Source: Candidatus Brocadia sp. (GTDB taxonomy: Bacteria > Planctomycetota > Brocadiia > Brocadiales > Brocadiaceae). Taken from it: DNA of 64,000 nucleotides. The notes beneath the pieces are model-generated. The model was given only the letters and a program-made list of their open reading frames with translations. It was not told the DNA's origin and searched no databases. The stretch lies in contig JABRVT010000055.1 of NCBI GenBank assembly GCA_040048245.1, positions 16,975 through 80,974 of the forward strand, given 5' to 3'. This document shows positions 56,405 through 64,000 of this stretch, one piece after another (position 1 is the first letter of the stretch; each line of letters opens with the position of its first letter). The position numbers and the translations under genes are program-made.

Positions 56405-57280
56405 TTAAAACTGTTTGTAATATTTCATCGCTTCAGGGAGTTCATTCTGAATGTCCTGGATTCTTCTTTCAGGCGCTGGATGTGTAGACAAAAATTCAGG
56501 CGGCCGTTCTCCTCCTAATTTACTCATCCTTTGCCAGAATGGAATGGCGGTTCGGGGATCGTAACCAGCCCTTGCCATCAGAATAAGACCAATATGGTCG
56601 GCTTCCAGTTCGTGACTGCGGCTATACGGCAAGAGGACACCTACATTTGCACCCAGCCCAAATGCCTGCAATAATAGTTGTCTGGTTTGTTCCGGTTGTC
56701 TGCTGAGTGCAGCTGACAGAGAGGTTGCGCCCATTTGTACAACGAGAAGTTGACTCATCCTTTCACCGCCATGATTTGCCAATGCGTGGGCAACCTCGTG
56801 TCCCAATACGACTGCAAGGCCATTCTCGTCCTGGGCAACCGGAAGTATTCCTGTATACACGGCAATTTTTCCTCCGGGCATGCAAAAGGCATTTACGGTT
56901 TTATCATCCTCAATGAGTTTAAATTCCCAATGGTAATTCTGTATTTCCTTTTCCATACCGTTTTCACGCATAAACTGTTCGGCAGATGACGCTATTTTAC
57001 GACCTACATTGACAACCATCTGTGTTTTTTGTGTATCTTCAGAAATCTTCGATTCAGATAACAGTTGACGATAGCTATCAGCGCTTGAAGTAATAAGCTG
57101 GTTCTGCGGTATAAAAGAAAGTTGTCGCCTCCCTGTTATTGGTACTGTCGAGCAACCAACGAAAAATAGTATTGCGATAAGTAATGCCGAAAATCTCAGT
57201 TTGAACATACTAACCCTCCTGAAAACTGAATTGGATGAACAGATGAAAGGATGTATGTGACTTCTTGCAGAAGTTTTCAA
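56405..57280 (-). CDS. M48-family metallopeptidase lipoprotein
   Basis: Lipobox FVGC, NAFCMPGGK, GHEVAH, ELEAD, FLSTHP. Confidence 0.93.
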   Translation of the reverse strand: MKTSARSHIHPFICSSNSVFRRVSMFKLRFSALLIAILFFVGCSTVPITGRRQLSFIPQNQLITSSADSYRQLLSESKISEDTQKTQMVVNVGRKIASSAEQFMRENGMEKEIQNYHWEFKLIEDDKTVNAFCMPGGKIAVYTGILPVAQDENGLAVVLGHEVAHALANHGGERMSQLLVVQMGATSLSAALSRQPEQTRQLLLQAFGLGANVGVLLPYSRSHELEADHIGLILMARAGYDPRTAIPFWQRMSKLGGERPPEFLSTHPAPERRIQDIQNELPEAMKYYKQF

Positions 57281-57331
57281 CTCAGTATAAATTTTTCTGC
57301 AATACTATGTCAATTTAATTATGCCGTTTAC

Positions 57332-57362
57332 TTGTCACCCTGAACTTGTTTCAGGGTGACAA
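57332..57362. repeat. Perfect hairpin TTGTCACCCTGA-ACTTGTT-TCAGGGTGACAA
   Basis: 12-bp perfect stem, intergenic; could be a repeat relic or a terminator. Confidence 0.55.
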
Positions 57363-57823
57363 AAAGACGCAAGCCTTGTCTCTTTTGATACAAACGTTTA
57401 TCGGTGCTTCTGTTTCCCTTGATAAAATACCTGACTTCTGTTACAGTGTATTGAATTCTAGATAATATTAAGAGAAAGTTATTAAAGTTTTGATACTTTT
57501 GGCAAAAATGAAATTGACCATATTAGGGTTGACCCACAAATTTCATACGATTATCTTACCCTGTAGTGGCAATTCAATTGCCACTTACATATTGATACAG
57601 AAACATTTTGAACCGCTGACATTTTCAAAAAACCAAATTGTTACTCTTGTATTTAAGCGGTTTTTGGGGTAGCACTGGCAAACCATGTTCCCCTGCATGT
57701 CCTTAACACGATTGTTCGTCTATGCCAATCTTAGTGTTCTTGGTGCTAAGAATTCCAATGGTAGGAGCCAACTCCTGTTGGCGAGCGGGAGCGCTCGCAT
57801 ACTAGGTAATTAGTTCATGTTAT

Positions 57824-57890
57824 AACCGCAAAGGCACAAAGGATACTACGAAAAAAATAGATTTTTCGTGTTCTTGATGTCTTTATGGTT
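57824..57890. repeat. AACC.CAAAGGCACAAAG...CTTTATGGTT purine/pyrimidine-skewed inverted repeat
   Basis: Left arm AACCGCAAAGGCACAAAGG..ACGAAAAA and right arm TTTTTCGTGTTCTTGATGTCTTTATGGTT; a similar half occurs at ~42685-42718. Confidence 0.55.
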
Positions 57891-57993
57891 CTAAGCAAGT
57901 TGCTATCGGGAGACGGTCATACCTTAGTATTTATGGAAAAGTTGCCGAAGGCCTAATTCAGGCTGTTCATTATATCCGTAGAGAGTATAAAAC

Positions 57994-60612
57994 ATGAAAA
58001 AGATCGTTATTATTATCCTGAGTTTGGTTTTTGTTCTTGTGGCAGGTGCAGCAGTTACCCCCCTCTTAATTGATTTAAATAAATACAAGGGGAAGATTAT
58101 TGACCTCGCCAAGCCATACCTGGCGAGAGATTTGGATTTTGACCGTATAGAACTCACCATATTGAAAGGGCTGGGGGCAGAGATTCAGGGACTCCGTATT
58201 GCAGAAAATCCGGAGTTTGGAAAGGGAGATTTTCTGAATTTGGAACGCCTTCGTGTAAAAATAAAATTATTTCCCCTGCTCAAGAAACAGATCCAGGTCA
58301 AGGAATTGATCCTGGACAAACCGGTGGTACGGCTGATAAAAAACACGAAAGGGAAATTTAATTTCACGGATCTGACCGGTTCCAGGGCAAATGAACATAC
58401 CGATACTGAAAGCACAGAGAAAAATGACCGTGAAAAGAATGAAAGCGAAGAAAAAAATAGAGGCGCCCTTTTTGCGGGGTTAATGGTTTCCAGATTCACT
58501 TTGAACCAGGGTCAAATCGATTTCATCGATGAGTTCACTCAGCCGGGCATTACCACAACAACTACAATAGATTTGTTAGACCTGAAATTTACCGATGTAT
58601 CAGTGAATAAACCGATTCGAATGTCCATGGCAGCCCGCCTGCCTGGGGGCGCAAAACAAAATTTCGCGATAAGGGGCGCTATGGGTCCCCTGGGTGATAC
58701 CCTGGATATAAAACGGCTTTTTGCGGATGTTACATTATCTCTCGATGAATTTGATCTGGATACCTGTAAATCTTACCTGCCTGCAAACCTGCCTTTATCA
58801 CCTGTGGATGGGGTTGTCAGTATGGATATTTCTGTAAAGGGGGATATGGCCTCCGGAGTTACTTCAGATGGTCGGATACAGTGCAAAGAACTGGTATTCG
58901 CAGAAGGAGACAATAAGAAAGGTCCCGGGAAAACGACGGTTACCCTCCGGGAAAAAATGAAGCTCGTATGGGAAAAGGGAATAGCTGATATTGACCGGTT
59001 TGATTTGAGTATGAATGAAAATACAATCTCACTGAGCGGAAGGGTTGAAGGATTCAATACAAAACCACAATGGGATATAACCCTTCGGGCGCAAGAGATT
59101 AATCCGGAGTATGTCTTACTGTTCTACCCTTCTTTCAAGGAAATCTTACCAGATGGTGTGAGTTTCTCAGGTTCATTGGGCATGGAGATGATTTCGAAGG
59201 GAAATATGGACAATCTCCAGGCTAATTGTACACTGGAGATGAAAGACCTCGATATCCTGTATGGGGAAACATTTCGTAAGCCAGGACTTGTTCCCTGTCA
59301 AATTTCCGTCAAGGCAAGCAAGACAGGGGATGATATTCAGTTAGACTCATGTGTTATCAAAATGCATACCCTGTCTCTCAGGACATCGGGGAAAATTACC
59401 TGTCTTACGAATCCTCGTTTTGATCTTTTGATGGGCACCGAAGATACGTCACTGAAAGGTTGGGAATCGATGGTTCCTGCACTGAAAGATTATGAACCCG
59501 AAGGGAATTTTGTTCTTCGCAGTTCTTTGAAAGGGACGATGGAAGATACCACTGCTAATCTGCAGTTTTCGTCTCCAGGACTTGCATTCAAGTTTTCTCA
59601 GTCGTCAGACAATGGCCAGAATGCAGTAACTTCAAAAAATTTTTTTGAATCCATGGATATGAGAGTGCAAGCCGAAAAAAAGAATGATGACATCAGGGGG
59701 AGTGGCAATCTTGAAGTCAAAAGGGGGGAGGCGCTGGCTGCTCCTTTTGAAAAGATGCAGGCACAGTTCGACTACCAGAACGATATTCTCGGCATCCACG
59801 GATTCCGGGTACATGCCTTCCAGGGAGACGTTTCTCTGGACGGTAAAGTGAAGCCCGGCAAACTTCTGTGGAACGTGAAATCGGTTATTTCAAATATAAA
59901 CGTGGCAGAAGCCCTGGATACCCTCACACAATACAAGGGTTTATTCAACGGGATATTTTCCGGGTCTTTTATGGCAAACAATGCGGGGGATGGCAAGCAG
60001 AAAGGGGCAATTAATGCCAGCGGGTCATTCCGGCTTGATCAGGGAGAAATTATGAATTTGAACCTTGTAGATACGGTACTTGATGTACTTTTTGGTATAA
60101 AAGGTGTATCCGTGTTCCTGGAAAAAGAAGGCGGTGAATTGGATAAACAAAAGATTACACGGTTTGATTACCTGGATGGTGATTTTTCCATGGCCGGTAA
60201 TAAGATCGATTTAAAGAAGGTTGCCTTGCACAATATTCATACTGCCAGGGCAACCGGTTCTGATGCATTCATAGAGGGACTGATTGACTGTAATACCAGC
60301 AGTCTCGATCTCAGGGGCAAGGTCGTTCTCTCCAGGGAATATTCTGCTAAATTAGCCAAAAAGGCAGAACCTCTCAATGCCCTTCTCAATCCTGAAAACC
60401 GCATGGCGCTTCCAATTACGGTTACCGGGAGTTTCAGCAAGCCAAGGCCTATCCTGGATATACCCTATGTAACCGGCGCCATAACAAAATATTACGGCAG
60501 GAGAGAACTGGAGAAATTAGGCGACAAGATAAGACTGCCCAAAAAAGGGGATAAAAACCAACAGGGCAAGGAATCGCCCATAGGAGATATTTTAAAGGAA
60601 ATTTTAAAATAA
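57994..60612 (+). CDS. AsmA-family protein
   Basis: TM anchor, IDLNKYKGKI, LKLFPLLKK, KFNFTDL; C-terminal LPITVTGSFSKP. Confidence 0.85.
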   Translation: MKKIVIIILSLVFVLVAGAAVTPLLIDLNKYKGKIIDLAKPYLARDLDFDRIELTILKGLGAEIQGLRIAENPEFGKGDFLNLERLRVKIKLFPLLKKQIQVKELILDKPVVRLIKNTKGKFNFTDLTGSRANEHTDTESTEKNDREKNESEEKNRGALFAGLMVSRFTLNQGQIDFIDEFTQPGITTTTTIDLLDLKFTDVSVNKPIRMSMAARLPGGAKQNFAIRGAMGPLGDTLDIKRLFADVTLSLDEFDLDTCKSYLPANLPLSPVDGVVSMDISVKGDMASGVTSDGRIQCKELVFAEGDNKKGPGKTTVTLREKMKLVWEKGIADIDRFDLSMNENTISLSGRVEGFNTKPQWDITLRAQEINPEYVLLFYPSFKEILPDGVSFSGSLGMEMISKGNMDNLQANCTLEMKDLDILYGETFRKPGLVPCQISVKASKTGDDIQLDSCVIKMHTLSLRTSGKITCLTNPRFDLLMGTEDTSLKGWESMVPALKDYEPEGNFVLRSSLKGTMEDTTANLQFSSPGLAFKFSQSSDNGQNAVTSKNFFESMDMRVQAEKKNDDIRGSGNLEVKRGEALAAPFEKMQAQFDYQNDILGIHGFRVHAFQGDVSLDGKVKPGKLLWNVKSVISNINVAEALDTLTQYKGLFNGIFSGSFMANNAGDGKQKGAINASGSFRLDQGEIMNLNLVDTVLDVLFGIKGVSVFLEKEGGELDKQKITRFDYLDGDFSMAGNKIDLKKVALHNIHTARATGSDAFIEGLIDCNTSSLDLRGKVVLSREYSAKLAKKAEPLNALLNPENRMALPITVTGSFSKPRPILDIPYVTGAITKYYGRRELEKLGDKIRLPKKGDKNQQGKESPIGDILKEILK

Positions 60613-60969
60613 TATTTATTGTTTATTACCATTGCGAGCGGTAGCGAAGCGATCTTAAGCAGTTTTAAGATTACACAGACATTTGAAGCGAAGAGATGCT
60701 TCACCAAAATTCAGTGGTAGTGTAATGTTTCAACAATGTAGCTTGCACCGTCCAGTTTTAAAGACTTCTCTATTTATCTCCAAAGGGAAAAATGGACTGA
60801 TAATGTCCCCTGTATTTTATCGTGTACTCATAACTCCCTTGTAAACATTGCATTAAATGCTTGAATTTTATAAAGTTTTGCATAAAATCAATTTAATTTT
60901 TATCATGTTTTAGTCAAGGAGAAAATAAATACGTGAGAGGTCTGATACAAATTAGTCTGAGAACCCTCG

Positions 60970-61365
60970 ATGAAAATTCATGAAATTAAGACCCGTGTTC
61001 GTTACCAGGAAACCGACCAGATGGGTATCGTCTATTATGGCAACTTCTTCACGTATTTTGAGATGGGACGGACGGAATATCTGCGAAATCTCGGATTACC
61101 GTATTCGGAATTAGAGAAGGACCATATTTACTTTCCCGTTACCGAAACACACTGCCGGTTCCGTTCGCCTGCCCATTACGATGATATTCTTACTGTTCAG
61201 ACCTGGGTTTCTGAACTGAAACACGCCTCGGTAGAATTTAGTCACAAAGTAATCCGTGAGGGTGATAATAAACTCATTGCAGAAGGTTTTTCAAGACTCG
61301 CCTGTCTCAATGCCAGTCGCAGACCAGTTCCTATGCCGGAAAAATTGAAAAGACTTTTGCAATGA
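60970..61365 (+). CDS. Acyl-CoA thioesterase (YbgC/FadM hot-dog fold)
   Basis: RVRYQETDQMGIVYYGNF..YFEMGRTE. Confidence 0.9.
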   Translation: MKIHEIKTRVRYQETDQMGIVYYGNFFTYFEMGRTEYLRNLGLPYSELEKDHIYFPVTETHCRFRSPAHYDDILTVQTWVSELKHASVEFSHKVIREGDNKLIAEGFSRLACLNASRRPVPMPEKLKRLLQ

Positions 61366-61483
61366 AACGACTCCAAGATAAATGAATCAACGGAAATATA
61401 ATACCCCTATAACAAACAATTTTGACTTGACCGGAGAAATTTGAGTCCTTACTCTACTATTATAAAAACAGGAGATACAATTT

Positions 61484-62050
61484 ATGGGAAAACAAATTAT
61501 CACAACTTTTTTTATTGTGAGCACTATTTCAATTCTTATTACTTCTGGTTATGCAGGCTGGAAGCCATCGGCAGAAGATGAACCGGTAAAAAGCAAAGTG
61601 CTGCTGAATACGCAGACTGAAGAAGTTATAAGGAATTTTAAAATTCACTATCCGCATTTGACGATTTATTTTGAAAAAGCTTACGGTTATGCAGTATTTC
61701 CTACTATCACAAAAGGTGGTATTGGTATTGGGGCAGCCCATGGTACTGGTGAAGTGTATGAGAAAGGCGAATTTATTGGAACCGCAAATATGACACAGGT
61801 GACTGTTGGTGCCCAGTTTGGTGGGCAAACATACAGTGAAATTGTATTTTTTAAGGACCGGGAAACCCTGGAGGATTTCAAGAAAGGAAATTTCAAACCC
61901 GGCGCACGAGCTTCTGCTGTTGTTTCAACTGCCGGTACATCGGCAGATGCTGATTATGACCATGGTGTAGCGATCTTTACCTTGTCGAAAAGCGGTCTAA
62001 TGTTTGAGGCAGCGGTGGGAGGGCAGAAGTTTAATTTTAAACCAAAGTAG
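61484..62050 (+). CDS. YSC84/SYLF lipid-binding domain exported protein
   Basis: AYGYAVFP, GIGAAHG, GAQFGGQ, SGLMFEAAVGGQKF. Confidence 0.85.
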   Translation: MGKQIITTFFIVSTISILITSGYAGWKPSAEDEPVKSKVLLNTQTEEVIRNFKIHYPHLTIYFEKAYGYAVFPTITKGGIGIGAAHGTGEVYEKGEFIGTANMTQVTVGAQFGGQTYSEIVFFKDRETLEDFKKGNFKPGARASAVVSTAGTSADADYDHGVAIFTLSKSGLMFEAAVGGQKFNFKPK

Positions 62051-62256
62051 AGCGATTATAAATTTTAATTAATTTTTTCCTGTAGCGTTGCAGAAAAGTT
62101 AACGTCCCGGCGATTGCCTAAAATTAGATAAATGGAAGAAAAAATATTATCAAGATGAGATAAAATCATGTTATCAGGCAAGCCAGATCTCTTTTTCCCA
62201 AATATGCTTAGCATCTCTTAAATATTTTAAAATCAGACCCATAACATATCAAGCAG

Positions 62257-62765
62257 ATAACCACTCAATGCGTATTTTCGTCCACAATCGCTATGAGCGA
62301 ACAAAATCAGGCAATTCGCCGTGAAATAGCGTCTTTAATACCTGGCTCAAATTTACCCCTTGTTTTCGACAGGTTGAGAGGTAGCTGCGAATGCGGCAGA
62401 AAATCCTAGCCCCATCCAAAGAACGGAAACAGCCAGATATCTTCTGCTGAACCTTTGTCATCCTGATGTCGTTTTCAGCCAGATTATTCGTGAAGGGAAC
62501 GTTTTTATTTTCCATAAACCTCAGTACATCATCCTCATACTCCCGTAGTCGTTCCAGAAGATTCCTGGCCTTTGTCCATCCGCCTTCTTTTCATCCCTTG
62601 CCTTGCATTCTCACCTGGGGTTCGGGTCGCTCGATGGCGCGGTTAACTGCTGTTGCGACTGTTACGATTTAAACGGTCAACCAGCGGCGTTATCACCAAT
62701 ACAAATAACTCCGCCATAGACTTCATGGCCGGCGACAGCTCTTTCTCTTCAGAAAGATGCTTCTC
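62257..62765 (-). mobile_element. Internally deleted IS66-family element, copy 2 (left end missing)
   Basis: Near-identical reverse complement of 55141-55607 with the same internal junction; keeps the frame VPFTNNLAENDIRMTKVQQKISGCFRS. Confidence 0.85.
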
Positions 62766-62856
62766 ACTGAAATCCCAGTATTTACAAGGGACATAAGGGC
62801 ATATCAAAAACAGTCAAAACACCTAAAAAATGCCGAAATATTCACCATGAAAATAC

Positions 62857-64000
62857 TTATGGTATAATCTTTCCCATAATAACCTTATCCCTCGCCCCTG
62901 TGGCGCCGGGGATATTGTTGGGATTTCCGGAAATTGTCTCGTTGGCCAGGATGGCAAAGGCAATGGCCTCCTTCACGTTAGGTGAGATGCCGAAGTTACT
63001 GATGGAGCGTATTTTAATGGAAGCCGGAAAATATTGGATAAGAAATTTTATAAGGGTAGCATTATAGACCCCGCCGCCTGAAATAATTATTTCAGATATG
63101 TAATGCTTTGGCAAAATCCACCGCTTGTAACTGTCTGCAATGGTGCGCGCCGTAAACATGGTAACGGTTGCCAGGATATCCGGTCCTTCCATACCGGAGC
63201 GCACGCTGTCTCTGTAAAGATTATCCGCAAATAGCCTCCCGAACGTTTCCCTTCCGGTAGTCTTTGGGGGAGGCCTTACGAAATACGGATGCGCAAGAAG
63301 GGCAGCCAAAAGCCTGTCATTTACTGATCCTGTTGCAGCAATCCTGCCTCCTTCATCAAAGTGAGATGCATTGTTTGTGATAAGCTCCGTGATGCGATCA
63401 ATTACCATGTTGCCTGGACCGGTGTCAAAGGCAATAACGTCACGAATACCACAGTCACGAGGCAGGAAGGTAACGTTGGCAATGCCTCCGATATTCTGTA
63501 AGGCGCGTCCCTTTTCCTTATCCCGAAAGAGAATGAAATCAACATACGGAATGAGGGGAGCGCCTTGCCCTCCAGCCGCTATGTCCCTCGGACGAAAGTC
63601 GGCAACCGTAGTAACGCCAGTTTCCTGTGCAATGACAGAGGGTTCACCAATCTGCAGCGTAGAAGAGATATGCTGAGTAGGAAAAGAGCCGTCTTGTGTG
63701 TTCTTTTCTGAAATAGGTTTCGTCTCATTTGCGTTATTTCCCTTACAAAAAGGATTCGGTAAGTGATAGATCGTCTGCCCATGTGAACCAATAAGGTCAA
63801 TATCTGTGAGCGGAATACGAGCTTTATTTGCAATGGATTTAGCGGCATCCGCAAAGAGTTTCCCAAGGTGAAAATTGAGCTGGCAAACCTTATCAACTGT
63901 ACCTGTTTCAGGATTACAGGTTTCAAGGATGGCGTTGCGTGTTGCCACATGATAGGGATAGGTCTCAAAATCCAGAATGTTTATCTTTGTATCTATTCCA
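62857..64000 (-). CDS. anmK: Anhydro-N-acetylmuramic acid kinase (5' end beyond the window)
   Basis: IGSHGQTIYH, DIAAGGQGAPL, QNIGGIAN, FDTGPGN, PPPKTTGRE, SGGG. Confidence 0.93.
   Translation of the reverse strand, partial: GIDTKINILDFETYPYHVATRNAILETCNPETGTVDKVCQLNFHLGKLFADAAKSIANKARIPLTDIDLIGSHGQTIYHLPNPFCKGNNANETKPISEKNTQDGSFPTQHISSTLQIGEPSVIAQETGVTTVADFRPRDIAAGGQGAPLIPYVDFILFRDKEKGRALQNIGGIANVTFLPRDCGIRDVIAFDTGPGNMVIDRITELITNNASHFDEGGRIAATGSVNDRLLAALLAHPYFVRPPPKTTGRETFGRLFADNLYRDSVRSGMEGPDILATVTMFTARTIADSYKRWILPKHYISEIIISGGGVYNATLIKFLIQYFPASIKIRSISNFGISPNVKEAIAFAILANETISGNPNNIPGATGARDKVIMGKIIP

Noticed and set aside
60630-60880. CATTGCGAGC..GAAGCGATCT repeat relic and weak similarity of 60805-60850 to 62770-62795
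   Set aside because: Too short and degenerate to define an element.
54831-62765. Active composite transposon
   Set aside because: No intact transposase, copy 2 lacks its left end, and I found no flanking target duplication.
887-63968. Many 60-200 aa ORFs antisense to or out of frame with recognised genes (e.g. 2926-3393, 19633-20169, 23864-24541, 29890-30477, 31027-31659)
   Set aside because: They are shadow ORFs with no motifs or RBS and lie within confidently called genes.
1-64000. CRISPR array, tRNA or rRNA genes
   Set aside because: The repeats are dispersed palindromes without regular spacers, and I saw no tRNA or rRNA signatures by eye; tRNAscan or Infernal would confirm.

Overview
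This window looks like chromosomal DNA from an anammox planctomycete (Ca. Brocadiaceae type). The assignment is inferred from an HAO-like octaheme cytochrome, an anammox-style Rieske/cytochrome b locus with an embedded NAD(P)H oxidoreductase, an Amt transporter and many TPR and AsmA-like proteins. Most genes are core or metabolic: alr, bioF/bioB, an ECF sigma/ZAS anti-sigma pair, porCDAB, ydbH-ynbE-ydbL, GH15, pcm, rtcB-archease, usp-lon, ftsH, a two-component/c-di-GMP cluster, xerD, rubrerythrin, murI, nadE and anmK. Accessory DNA is limited to an AT-rich HEPN/MNT island, two internally deleted IS66 derivatives, a radC relic and several families of short palindromic repeats. I saw no tRNA, rRNA or CRISPR array. 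The best leads are: (i) a degenerate PAS-GGDEF protein with an intact I-site, between ftsH and lon and overlapping the lon start; (ii) an HAO/HOX-like octaheme whose catalytic Asp-His pair reads Glu-Gln, downstream of a bc-type locus that has no cytochrome c gene of its own; (iii) a GH15 hydrolase fused to a C-terminal ferredoxin; (iv) RtcB-archease next to a HEPN-MNT pair; (v) a SigR/RsrA-like pair with a matching GGAAC-N18-GTT promoter. All family calls come from motif recognition by eye; no database search was run.
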